This document shows, piece by piece, positions 30,501 to 36,806 of a DNA stretch of 61,443 nt (its first letter is position 1; each line of letters starts with the position of its first letter). The stretch comes from a virus (taxonomy: Duplodnaviria; Caudoviricetes): positions 1 through 61,443 of IMG/VR virus record IMGVR_UViG_3300043399_000848; one strand, given 5' to 3'. The notes under the pieces were generated by a model that had not been told where the DNA came from, did no database searches, and saw only the letters and a program-made list of their open reading frames with translations. A program made the position numbers and the translations under genes.

Positions 30501-32043
30501 CTTCCGGCCGTTCAGCACGATGAAGCGGTGGCTGTCTGTGGGCGTGACCGCGAACCCGGCCTACAAGGTGAAGAACCTGATCCGGGACTCGGTCGCAGCG
30601 CCAGCGGTGTCGGATCTCAGCGGGAACGTGATCGGCAACGTCGCACAAGGTATCCGCCAGGGGGCCGAGGACTCGCAGACGTTCGCCTCGATGCTGGCCG
30701 GCGGCGGCGTTATCCGATTCGGCTCGATGCTCGACGGCGGCAACGCAGACCGCACTCGGACTTTGGTTCGAAAGGAAGGCGGGGTCCTGCTGGACGAGGC
30801 CGGTTGGAAGAAGGTGTCCAACTGGATGGGTGACCTCTGGGATGCGTACAACACCGTCGGCGACAAGTTCGAGAACGCCAACCGTGTGGCCCTGTACGAG
30901 CAGCTGAAGGCCAAGGGCTACAGCGACCTGGAAGCCAATTTCCTCGCGCGAGACCTGATGGACTTTTCCATGTCCGGTCGCTGGCCGCTGATCCGCTTCC
31001 TGGTCGAGACGGTGCCCTTCCTCAACGCGCGACTGCAGGGCCTGTTCAAGCTCGGCCGCGGCGCCAAGGAGAACCCGCGCAAGTTCGGCGCGGTGGTCGG
31101 GGCCGTGGCCCTGGCCAGCATCGCCCTGCTGGCCGCGTACGAGGACGACGAGGACTGGAAGCGTCGGGAAGACTGGGACCGAGACACGAACTGGTGGTTC
31201 AAGATCGGCGACATGTCCTTCCGCATCCCGAAGCCTTTCGAGGTTGGCGCGATCGGGACCATCGCCGAGCGCGGATGGGAGATGGCGTTCAACAAGGAGA
31301 TGGACATGAAGAGGTTCGGGCAGTCCCTGTCCCGGATGATCTTCTCCACCTTCGCGATGGACCCAACCCCGCAGATCGTGAAGCCAATCCTCGACGTGTA
31401 CATGAACAAGGGCGCGTTCACCAACCGCCCGATCGAGTCGATGACGATGGCCCGCCAGAGGCCCGAGGATAGGTACGACGAGAACACCAGCTACGCCGCC
31501 CGGTTCCTCGGACAGATGGGCATTCCCAGCCCTCTCGGCCTGGCCAGGGCGGAGTACACGAAACTGTCCCCGGTGCAGATCGACTACCTCATCCGGGGCT
31601 ACTTCGCCTGGCTGGGCACGGCCGCGACCACGGTCCTGGACTTCGGCATTCGCCCGATGATGGACGCTGGGGACCGTCCGGATCGGACCCTCAAGGACAC
31701 GTTCTTCGTTGGCAACTTTGTCGAGACGCTGCCCGCTGGCGGAAGCCGGTACGTCACGCAGTTGTACGAGCAGTCGAGGGAAATCGAGCAGGCTTACGCC
31801 AGCTATCGGGACGCTCTCAAGGAGAACGACCGAGCGCGGGCGCGCGAGCTGAGCGAGGACTACGCCGAAGAGTTCCGGGCCCGGCCGAGGGTCAACAAGG
31901 CCACGAAGGAGATCGCCGAGATCCGGCGGCAGATCAACATGATCGAGTCGTCGAAGTCCATCACCGGCGAGACGAAGCGGGTCCGGATCGACAACCTGCG
32001 GCAGAAGATGGCGCGCATCGCGGAGCGGGCCACCGCACCGTAA
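21559..32043 (+). CDS. Giant (3494 aa) polyvalent ejection protein: HExxH zincin, ART-like, HDxxGH, HhH-like, EELQSDW and LPD38-type domains
   Basis: VFGHELLH; YHFS...FYF...GFDGY; FRAVHDAFGH...GEENAW; GPKIGNFFANL...TMDLW; VLFVEELQSDW; C-terminal FRIPKPFEVG...SPVQIDYLIRGY. Confidence 0.8.
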   Translation: MANFFDQFDKPAKGNFFDQFDGPEKKEGAFERAARIARDEDGGVLPAVGSLIASALPEGGDKRTAGGFFKDTAVDLTRGVVGLGQSAVGLGNLARGVIGTVAFGGLVSPGALGKDLEDLGYSGEQTQKFLSGLYTQDRQEADRNVEEAKGFFNTLGALAVNPSSLVGQVVQSVPQTVAAGAAGGAIVRALLPGATQAAAAAGLVGDDAANFISNYVSKRALAAAAGSEGALTAGSIAESGREAGQEFSTYAPAAVVGGVGTGLIGAASGAIGRRLGIGDIEADIAMRGAGVVPTAGAGSRLKQIGKDALKEGVLEEAPQSFQEQLATQYAQGRPFDLEEAASAAAQGLASGAVMGGAGALVRPRAPAQVPAAPADQDAALTGQAGRLTAATDAYLRGGLQSSDPTDVLSSVVSAPTPNGDIGAAITAADQAAGPSIEEMMRQKRQAAADRVAQELGYPTIDVNAPADGGLIADIQARSQAAVSAAQAELGLPPATAPVVQQDFAARRESAARAAQGELGIELPTAPPVVGDQLTPTQKQELVRQQMQAPARAPDLVTQVQQQVQTQPATTGEDVARVRTEVEEQALQRWQAEYDQQTAAQAEKQGVEAAKAATETQARMRESQDETALAELDRIAQGERQRAVDSLVRAYGERTQFSSAATVLQTNQQLTRLGQQPLTKSERDRVVTLLDSARTFTSPAQEQVQVIPDRGADNAALEQQIPEKKDNLPRPANIGGQPASSYSVSQLTDLIANTSIPAITRRGAQVELLARQQEQAAPAPAAPALPAAVTPAGPTIVPSAKRTPEQGLQVAAAKRSEKTGQQVTFTVADVATLPTMAKAGGGLSKQAHTIINNVSRVFGKKLVVFDSDDAGAADGFVIDDDPDTIYLNRKSEVPHLVVFGHELLHSLRRDNKDAYESIVKSIKMAEGVDISETPGIRGDIEEFTADLLGNRFRETEFWVGTFRDIIASKGQAEGKKVVTRLAATATRAINGLMKALGRAPGFNTDKMVANLGDVKTALRGALSNYANQRYDAAVALERERLSGPARGETVPVAESGGEVVTSARRGEKPGQLDGLVGYHFSNQARQTLSTGFYGTGLRGSDRDEIQSYPDKRVGKRLSFYFDKGTGVRPESGVGGVAHRVALDNIYDSDSDPLKLKRGANKRAFEAAVLDAGFDGYMTRLEGTQPGQVVVLGDRTYKPEVLGPRSRINDSEPAVAQAAQEPQWKNVATGPTREGLQDRMARMESSGSWSGYDMQIVEAGRGFYALQTRPKVVPSEKRGESGRPEQAGDRAGRYSIGSLAPLEGAPNVAGASGPDPRLVAVAEEYARETGIPLRRQGSYVQVDEDRARRIAAAYDAMPHAPLDPAVREAYDNLARQTLAQYRALERAGYQFYLVDETNDPYGGNPWNAMRDLRANQRMGVFATEAGFGTSDFDPEGNPLLADTGLEWSYGSPDGPKKRVLFNDLFRAVHDAFGHGLEGAGFRAQGEENAWQAHVRLFTGSAVGAITSETRGQNSWLNYGPYGEQNRNARVEDTVFADQKTGLMPEWTWTEGRAEDEIRESAKRGPQKIEVGKTILQSEPLTPEQWASVREIGLKRMTPEERAEVEAAERRVSVNTETADKKSVEYVSIAKAALDSMPVPQLSTVPILSGRAPLRVIPTGKVGKDGKRKTRVFDVARALRNRFLKRAGDINTEQGQEAIARAMAHEALYALSQDGHAVGWYDRKVVEAIANAAIAHPRILTDRESNFMFRVVLAVTSNGQAVRDNFSFGNSILKTWFETNRLPEQFDGGGARSPAMKLAFAKVNRLVQEHGWEKTEQILRQLRQVGQIEKEFDLKISGENKKTLVPVAVGMGGPKIGNFFANLSGFFDNPTMDLWFMRTVGRMAGSNLATKPSLVKFLDDLSKLLPETGEVNGIDVKDIREEIAAYKALEPDEQTDPELTIQYLQKTEQYARKQYQIFSTGTGKVYENGKTRTFDDKSPLNLNARSLVNNLSTLVEAPGSGNERNNLRKIVNRALALLRQRGIQLNAADLQAVLWYYEKNLYGKVGNISESAKPWDYASAARWGVGRELGLVDVKPSGRARPVREGESGQPDLERPGSVREGGAVNAPQSEQPLSPGPFTRARSLTQRQAGDAGPADVVASEPPAEPRVVLSEKRTPLGFYSALAAGVGQIKTNAAPAQGWKDAIKGLVNKGQVKQDEVEWSGVNDWLDLQQGKVTREEVAEYLKQGGVQVEETVLGGAGGWSVVDQATGGDQFVEAFATEQEAEARAQELGAREYAAIPSGNTPTAETKYAKYTLPGGTNYREVLLTLPFRGPNFGDWAAARGIQLQALSASEADRLGDEFDAQAERGMYRSKHWDPPNVLAHIRVNDRTDADGKRVLFVEELQSDWGQEGKKKGFIGGKVKGYQVQFNGRPVMTYETRQEADAHVERAKGFDKEAPVSVVEVETTRHSVNERAEGKVLNAPFVTKTEGWLNLALKRVMIMAAEGGYDRVAFTTGAQNAERFSLDKTLREIAYEPTEDGKYEITATDLEGTEVISEDEVRLDRIEELVGKEIAEKIARDEGERDDDGYREWRYLRGDNLKVEAKGMRAFYDTIVPTALKKLLPKVGGGQMAAVNIIDAAREPEMVGVDEDGDAIYDDGIGDSLQQPGFDVTPAMREKVSEGLPLFSEKRNIPDLNAAQEQALRNVGGVVVEQTVGERAAEFKNAFARNWIGGIFDQFNELRSLGPKAYMLARMSKGSEGTLEATMLYGKPFLTADGVADVKLGGEGFAKVLGKLEGEHDRFLWWVAAQRADQLKAQGLENLFTDKDISALKSLNQGNTARGTARGRLYAEALRDMNDFNDAILKIAEQSGLVDPEARALFKNNPYVPFYRVMEGDGVSGPTFSSGLTNQYAWKKLKGGSQKLNNDLLANVLMNWSHLLSASAKNRALTESLKAGVAAGVAQKVPSGTKESVRVRVNGKEEHYLVSDPGVMSAISAIEYRTPGFFRPFSTMKRWLSVGVTANPAYKVKNLIRDSVAAPAVSDLSGNVIGNVAQGIRQGAEDSQTFASMLAGGGVIRFGSMLDGGNADRTRTLVRKEGGVLLDEAGWKKVSNWMGDLWDAYNTVGDKFENANRVALYEQLKAKGYSDLEANFLARDLMDFSMSGRWPLIRFLVETVPFLNARLQGLFKLGRGAKENPRKFGAVVGAVALASIALLAAYEDDEDWKRREDWDRDTNWWFKIGDMSFRIPKPFEVGAIGTIAERGWEMAFNKEMDMKRFGQSLSRMIFSTFAMDPTPQIVKPILDVYMNKGAFTNRPIESMTMARQRPEDRYDENTSYAARFLGQMGIPSPLGLARAEYTKLSPVQIDYLIRGYFAWLGTAATTVLDFGIRPMMDAGDRPDRTLKDTFFVGNFVETLPAGGSRYVTQLYEQSREIEQAYASYRDALKENDRARARELSEDYAEEFRARPRVNKATKEIAEIRRQINMIESSKSITGETKRVRIDNLRQKMARIAERATAP
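25394..25579 (+). CDS. Candidate nested +1-frame small protein inside the giant gene (61 aa)
   Basis: AGAGGTG SD before GTG; the +1 frame has genome-like GC3 where the main frame does not. Confidence 0.45.
   Translation: MDDPNKPETEQDGIRSEALRRLKARRMLQGRQVPTPGSSPWPKNTPEKRGSRSGAKAPTSK
27674..27925 (+). CDS. Candidate nested +1-frame small protein inside the giant gene (83 aa)
   Basis: ATG after GAGAAG; codon bias switches to the +1 frame over 27725-27874. Confidence 0.5.
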   Translation: MEKSATSRKAQSRGTTPQQRDGELAGSLDSLMSSLQVEQDRFERENQDSRTWNDPEAFAKAVRSMLRSQSSPSAQDHSPAPEA

Positions 32044-32202
32044 CCGTGCCGCGGTTACCGTGCGCCGCCAGCGTTCCGAACTGCAGGCAACGGCCCGGCA
32101 GTGCCGGCATTCTGGAACCATGCTGGCACACAACCAACGGAAAAACGTGTGTCAGTGTGCAACGTCATGCAAACCTAAGTGCATGATTCTCCGATAGAAA
32201 TT

Positions 32203-32218
32203 CCCCCGTCTGAGGGGG
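32203..32218 (-). terminator. Stem-loop just downstream of the tRNA-like att core (candidate replacement tRNA terminator)
   Basis: CCCCC-N6-GGGGG followed on the minus strand by AATTTCT. Confidence 0.4.
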
Positions 32219-32221
32219 CCT

Positions 32222-32239
32222 TGGTGCCGGCTGAGGGAC
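32222..32239 (-). mobile_element. attP core: 3' end of a tRNA (Thr-type)
   Basis: Minus strand GTCCCTCAGCCGGCACCA = T-stem 3' strand, acceptor strand AGCCGGC, discriminator A and CCA; about 95 nt upstream of the integrase. Confidence 0.7.
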
Positions 32240-32334
32240 CCGTACACCGGCCTGAAGCCCGCATGTTTGCTTGACCCCTTGTGGCCCGGTCACAGTTCTG
32301 GCACAGTACACGCTCCACCACCAAGGAGCAGTAG

Positions 32335-33351
32335 ATGGCCACCTTCGATCAGCGCCCGAACGGGAAGTGGCGGGCCCAGATCCGCCGGACCGGCTTCGCG
32401 GCGAAGGCAAAGACCTTCCGCACCAAGGCCGAGGCCGAGAAGTGGGCCAGGTCCCTGGAGACCCAGCTCGACAAGGGGTTCGAGATCGACGTCTCGGAGA
32501 TGCGCAAGACCAGGGTCTGCGACATCCTGAACCAGTTCCTGGAGAAGAAGGTCCCCTACCGCAAGGGCGGCAAGTGGGAGACCGTGCGGATCAACATGAT
32601 GCTGCGCGAGCCCTTCGCATCCCAGCGTCTGGACCAGCATCTATCGAACGCTATCTCCGGCTGGATAGACGATCGGATGAAGGTCTGCTCCGCGGCCACC
32701 GTCAACCGCGACCTGAACCTGCTCTCGTCTGTGTTCACGTTCGCGATCCGCGAGATGCGGATCCCGCTGCCGGTCAACCCGGTCCACAACGTCAAGCGGC
32801 CCAAGGTCGACGACAAGAGCCGGGGCAAGATCTGGTCCGAGGCAGACCTGGAGAAACTGCGCGCGGCAGCGGCCGCCGAGCGTCACCGCGAGGGGACGAC
32901 CTACGACTACGTCGTGCCCGCGGTAGAGCTCGCGCTGGCCACGGCCATGCGGCTGGGCGAGGTCTGCTCTCTGACCGTGGGCAACGTCCACCTGGACGAG
33001 CGCTACGCGTACCTGGCCGAGACCAAGAACGGAGACAGCCGCGAGGTGCCCCTGCCCACGCGTGCGCTCAAGGTGCTGGAGCCGCTGATCCAGGCCGCGA
33101 AGGACGCGGGCCGCGAGGATCTGTTCCCCGTGGGGAAGGACGTCCTCGGGCTACGATTCCGCCAGCTGCGCGCCAAGGCGGGGCTGGGCGACCTGCGGTT
33201 CCACGACACCCGGCACACCGCTGCGACTCGCGCGAGCAAGGTCCTGCACAACGTGCTGGAACTCGCGGCCTTCACCGGCCACCGCAGCCTGAAGTCCCTC
33301 CAGCGGTACTACCACGCCGACGCCAGCGAGCTGGCCCGCAGGCTCGGGTAG
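32335..33351 (+). CDS. int: Tyrosine recombinase (phage integrase)
   Basis: TAMRLGE, KNG, FHDTRH, TGHRS...RYYH catalytic motifs; AAGGAG RBS. Confidence 0.93.
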   Translation: MATFDQRPNGKWRAQIRRTGFAAKAKTFRTKAEAEKWARSLETQLDKGFEIDVSEMRKTRVCDILNQFLEKKVPYRKGGKWETVRINMMLREPFASQRLDQHLSNAISGWIDDRMKVCSAATVNRDLNLLSSVFTFAIREMRIPLPVNPVHNVKRPKVDDKSRGKIWSEADLEKLRAAAAAERHREGTTYDYVVPAVELALATAMRLGEVCSLTVGNVHLDERYAYLAETKNGDSREVPLPTRALKVLEPLIQAAKDAGREDLFPVGKDVLGLRFRQLRAKAGLGDLRFHDTRHTAATRASKVLHNVLELAAFTGHRSLKSLQRYYHADASELARRLG

Positions 33352-33377
33352 GCCCAGCTGCTCGCGGAAGTAGGGGC

Positions 33378-33578
33378 TCACTGGGGTCCCTCGGTCAGCA
33401 CCTTGATCGAGTCCGCGATCGAGCGGGAGGTCTCCTCCCACGAGTCCGAGTCGTAGAACTTGCAGTGCAGGTCGACCTGGACCACGCCTTCGTCGACCGC
33501 CGTGGCGGTGTAAACGATCTCGTTGTCCATCTCGGTGTCGTACCCGCAGATCTTGTTGACTTCGCTCTTGATGGTCAT
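33378..33578 (-). CDS. Hypothetical protein
   Basis: ATG 33578 coupled to the excisionase stop. Confidence 0.55.
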   Translation of the reverse strand: MTIKSEVNKICGYDTEMDNEIVYTATAVDEGVVQVDLHCKFYDSDSWEETSRSIADSIKVLTEGPQ

Positions 33579-33760
33579 CGCTGCACCTTGTCTTCCATCC
33601 ACCTCTCGACGTCGATCCGACGCCACAGCACCCGGCGGCTGCCGGGGATCTTCATCCGCGGGGGTAGAACGTGCGGCCGGCGGCTGACGTCTGCCTTGAC
33701 GGTGTTCACGGACATCCGCAGGAATTCAGCGAGTTCCTTGACGGTCAGAATGGGGGGCAT
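33575..33760 (-). CDS. Excisionase/AlpA-type HTH
   Basis: LTVKELAEFLRMSVNTV...VLWRRIDVERW; convergent with int. Confidence 0.8.
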   Translation of the reverse strand: MPPILTVKELAEFLRMSVNTVKADVSRRPHVLPPRMKIPGSRRVLWRRIDVERWMEDKVQR

Positions 33761-34055
33761 TGTCTTTCCTCCAACGAAGAACTGTTCGTTTGCTCACGTT
33801 CAAGAAGGACGAGACAGACAACGCGTCCCATCCAGTCCTCATCATGTCCAGGGCCTTGATCTTGGTGGCCTCTCTCTGCCTGGCTCGGACCCACTGCACA
33901 GCTCGATCGTGTGCTCGTCCTTGCCTGTTGATCGAGACCCACACCTCGATCGGTACCTCGATCGTGGTATAGCGGACCCCGTCACTGCGCTCGTACCTTC
34001 TGCGTACGAAACCGTCCTTTGACGACCTTGTCTGCAGGCACTTCGAATCCTTCAC
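33726..34055 (-). CDS. NrdR-N-like (Cys-degenerate) domain plus C-terminal HTH
   Basis: SKCLQTR...RRRYE...RYTTIE; LNVSKRTVLRW. Confidence 0.5.
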   Translation of the reverse strand: MKDSKCLQTRSSKDGFVRRRYERSDGVRYTTIEVPIEVWVSINRQGRAHDRAVQWVRARQREATKIKALDMMRTGWDALSVSSFLNVSKRTVLRWRKDNAPHSDRQGTR

Positions 34056-34684
34056 TCGACAACCTCTTCCCAGTCTTTCAGCTTCTCCGCGGCCCGGTCC
34101 CAGGTCTTATGCACCCTGGACATGTCGAACACGTCCACGGGTGCCGAGGCCACCGCGAGCTGAGCGAAGCTCCACTTCGAAATCTCGCACGCCGTCCGGG
34201 GCCTGACCCTGGTCAAGGCCAGCTCGCGGTTGTAGTGGTCGATGCTCTTCTGCGTGGGCACGAACAGCATGTCGTTGCCGAGGACGGTCACCTTCTTTCC
34301 CGCGGGGGCGATGTAATCGTTCTCGACCAAGTAGTCGACGGCTTCGATCATCCGCTCCCGGCCCATCCTCAAGCCCCAGCAGTCGATCGTCTGCAGGCAC
34401 AGAGGGTCCTTGCTGAGGACGAACTCGACGATCAGCTTTTCCCAGTCTGTGTGCTTTGCCTGTCTCTTTCCTCCTCGATGAGACCCAGCGCGAGCTCCCT
34501 CTTCTCCCTCCGGTACCTCGCAGCCAAAGCCTTCATCTGCTTCTGGGTCTCGTAGTGCCTGCCGGACTCGTCGGAAAGCCAACCGCGGAGGCTTCTGATC
34601 TCGTTCCTCTGAAAGAGGATGACGCCCAGGAGGGCGGCCACGACGGCGGCCGCCAGGAGGTAGAGAATGATTTCCATCAGACAC
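34052..34684 (-). CDS. Hypothetical protein (true start probably near 34435)
   Basis: The C-terminal half has coding-like composition; the N-terminal part overlaps the next gene. Confidence 0.4.
   Translation of the reverse strand: MSDGNHSLPPGGRRRGRPPGRHPLSEERDQKPPRLAFRRVRQALRDPEADEGFGCEVPEGEEGARAGSHRGGKRQAKHTDWEKLIVEFVLSKDPLCLQTIDCWGLRMGRERMIEAVDYLVENDYIAPAGKKVTVLGNDMLFVPTQKSIDHYNRELALTRVRPRTACEISKWSFAQLAVASAPVDVFDMSRVHKTWDRAAEKLKDWEEVVE
34432..34677 (-). CDS. Single-TM coiled-coil protein
   Basis: MEIILYLLAAAVVAALLGVILF; coupled start. Confidence 0.6.
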   Translation of the reverse strand: MEIILYLLAAAVVAALLGVILFQRNEIRSLRGWLSDESGRHYETQKQMKALAARYRREKRELALGLIEEERDRQSTQTGKS

Positions 34685-34991
34685 GTCCAGCCAACCGAAT
34701 TGACGCGGCGTGAAGCCGCTCTTGAAACCAGCGCCGAATGGCGTACTGGCGGAGGATGCTGATCGAAGTGTAGATCCACCCCATCCAGAAGTTCTGGACC
34801 AGGGTGATCTCCGCCTCGATCAGCGGGAGGATCAGAAGGTTCGCGATGAAGTTCACCGAGAACCCCAGGACGATGTTCGCCCACGCCTCGATGATAGCGG
34901 CCCGGGGGTCCTTCCCTCCGTGGTAGGTACTCCATGTGAACCACGCGACGAAGATGAACGAGGCCGTCCCGAGCACGGTGAGCAGAGTCAC
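34677..34991 (-). CDS. Conserved small phage membrane protein
   Basis: IEAWANIVLGF...SILRQYAIRRWF; GTGA coupling. Confidence 0.6.
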   Translation of the reverse strand: MTLLTVLGTASFIFVAWFTWSTYHGGKDPRAAIIEAWANIVLGFSVNFIANLLILPLIEAEITLVQNFWMGWIYTSISILRQYAIRRWFQERLHAASIRLAGRV

Positions 34992-35167
34992 GGCAGGTGC
35001 CTCCATGCGAGGACCAGCAGAGACGTGCAGATCATCATGACGCCCAGGATGAAAGACACGGCCCCGATCGTATCCGCGTGGTTCCACCGCATTGCGTTCG
35101 GTCCGCCGAAGAAGTTGACGATCAGCCAGCCGAAGGCCACCAGGATCGCTCCCGTGGTAAAGATCAT
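34988..35167 (-). CDS. Small 2-TM protein
   Basis: Hydrophobic; ATGA coupling. Confidence 0.55.
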   Translation of the reverse strand: MIFTTGAILVAFGWLIVNFFGGPNAMRWNHADTIGAVSFILGVMMICTSLLVLAWRHLP

Positions 35168-35811
35168 TGCTCGCCCCTCTCGTCGTAGGTCACGGTCGAC
35201 GTGTCGCCCAGGCGCCACTTGGACGTGTTCTCAACTCTGTACTCTTGTGTGCAGACCTTGAAGTCAGGGCGCAGGAGTTCGGAGTGCGTGAGGGCTGGGT
35301 CGAAGAACCGGCAACGGTTGTTCGGCTGCAGCGCGAACTGGCCATTGTCGAGCTTGATCAGGTTGAAGCTCTTGTGCTCCTCGGCCGTCTCGGTGAAGCC
35401 GTAGTCGGGGATCCTCGGGTCGGGGCTGCACGAGTCGATCGTGAGCATGTACTCGCCCGGGTGCAGCTTGCGGTCCTTGCCGAAGAACTCCGCACGCAGG
35501 CCCTTCAACAGGGGCTTCTCGACGACTTCCACGTGGTAGCTCATGCAGTCCCAGATCTGGAGCATGTCCAGGGGCAGCAGCTCGCCGGCAGGGGCGTCGC
35601 CGTGCCACAGGAATGCGCTGACCGGCAGCTTGTCGTACAGCGCGCCGTACTGGGGCAGGTACGTCTCGAACCGGAAAGCCTGGCCACGGATGGACTTCAG
35701 GCTGACCCAGATCCCCTCGACCGTCTGGCCGAGCTTGTCCGGGTCGTGTCCGTACAAGTACTCGCTGCGGACCTGCACCTTGACGGGCGGGAGAGGGGTA
35801 ACGAAACTCAT
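35164..35811 (-). CDS. Conserved hypothetical phage protein
   Basis: VRSEYLY, YDKLP, WDCMSY, EHKS, LDNGQFALQPNNR; GGAG RBS. Confidence 0.7.
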   Translation of the reverse strand: MSFVTPLPPVKVQVRSEYLYGHDPDKLGQTVEGIWVSLKSIRGQAFRFETYLPQYGALYDKLPVSAFLWHGDAPAGELLPLDMLQIWDCMSYHVEVVEKPLLKGLRAEFFGKDRKLHPGEYMLTIDSCSPDPRIPDYGFTETAEEHKSFNLIKLDNGQFALQPNNRCRFFDPALTHSELLRPDFKVCTQEYRVENTSKWRLGDTSTVTYDERGEQ

Positions 35812-36065
35812 CGTCTGGTCTCCATGAATTCGGTCTTGCACCACTGCTTGTCCACGAACAGGGACAGGTGGATCGTCTTCCCGTACTGAGCCTGCCACTC
35901 GACCACGCGCGTGCGCAGGTTCCTGGCGATCGCGGCCGCTGCGTCGTTCACGACGGCGTCAGCGACACGCTGCAGGCGCTGGCGGATCGTCTCCCGCAGC
36001 TGGGCCTCCAGGCCCTCCGCCACGAGGTCTGCGATCCTGTGCTCGCTCAGACGGACCTTGGCCAC
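35808..36065 (-). CDS. Hypothetical protein
   Basis: Fills the operon gap with overlapping ends. Confidence 0.55.
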   Translation of the reverse strand: MAKVRLSEHRIADLVAEGLEAQLRETIRQRLQRVADAVVNDAAAAIARNLRTRVVEWQAQYGKTIHLSLFVDKQWCKTEFMETRR

Positions 36066-36066
36066 G

Positions 36067-36369
36067 TCAGTCCTTCACGAACGTGCCGTCGGGCATGAGC
36101 TTGCCCTTGCGGTCCTTGATCTGCTCGTATGCGCCAGCGAAGCACCGGACAAGGTCGATGTCCTTCAAAGCGCAATAGTTCACGAGACAAACGACCACGT
36201 CACCGACGGCGTCCTTGATCGCGTCCAGGTCCCCCTTGCCCTCGGCATCACAGAGCTCGCCCATCTCGCTGACTGCCTTCAGCAGTTGACTCGCGGGCGA
36301 CGCGTTTGGGATGATCCCGCGGGCCTCGGCCCATCGGATGACTTCCAACTCGATCGTGCGGTAGTTCAT
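36067..36369 (-). CDS. MazG-like nucleotide pyrophosphohydrolase
   Basis: WAEARG, SEMGEL, DAVGD, AYEQIKDRKG, GTFVK. Confidence 0.85.
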   Translation of the reverse strand: MNYRTIELEVIRWAEARGIIPNASPASQLLKAVSEMGELCDAEGKGDLDAIKDAVGDVVVCLVNYCALKDIDLVRCFAGAYEQIKDRKGKLMPDGTFVKD

Positions 36370-36806
36370 TGGCCTACGGTGTCCTCGATCGTGAATGGCT
36401 TCTGTTCGATGTGCTTGTACTGCTCGCGCAGGACGGCCATCTGGTCCTCGACGAACTTGTACGTGCCACGCAGGCCCACGCTCGGCGGCCGGTCGTCGTT
36501 GAGCTTGTCCGCGGCCTGCGCGTCCAGAAGGATCGCTGCGCAGGCCATGATGTTGCCCAGGTGGTGCGTGCCGTCGACCGGGTCGTACTCCTCGCCGGAC
36601 ACGTACGCGTCCAGGTGGCGCTTCATGGCCGAGATATACGTGCTCGACCGCACCCCGGCGATGCGCCAGTTCCACGCCTGGTACTTGCACATGCCCGCGT
36701 ACTGGGCCAGCGACCAGTGCGCGTGCGCGATTGGCGAGCACAGGGCCAGCGGGACCTTCTTGTCCCCGATCGCGGTTTTTGGATTGGTGTCTTTTCCTTC
36801 GCTCAC
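36366..36806 (-). CDS. dATP/dGTP diphosphohydrolase-domain protein (DUF5664-like)
   Basis: NPK...KKVPL, GxxKYxxWNWR, AMKRHL, HHLGNIMAC. Confidence 0.75.
   Translation of the reverse strand: MSEGKDTNPKTAIGDKKVPLALCSPIAHAHWSLAQYAGMCKYQAWNWRIAGVRSSTYISAMKRHLDAYVSGEEYDPVDGTHHLGNIMACAAILLDAQAADKLNDDRPPSVGLRGTYKFVEDQMAVLREQYKHIEQKPFTIEDTVGQ

Noticed and set aside
28255-32133. 1292-aa antisense ORF (also 22762-25410, 16128-18269, 6767-8227 and similar)
   Set aside because: Codon-aligned shadow frames of GC3-rich genes with no motifs; unlike the intein antisense ORF, which is in a different register and has domains, RBS and promoter
32222-32300. Complete tRNA gene
   Set aside because: Only the last ~18 nt are tRNA-like; no TTCG T-loop, anticodon arm or D arm
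32271-34022. 583-aa ORF overlapping the integrase
   Set aside because: R/G/P-rich off-frame read-through spanning several real genes; no motifs
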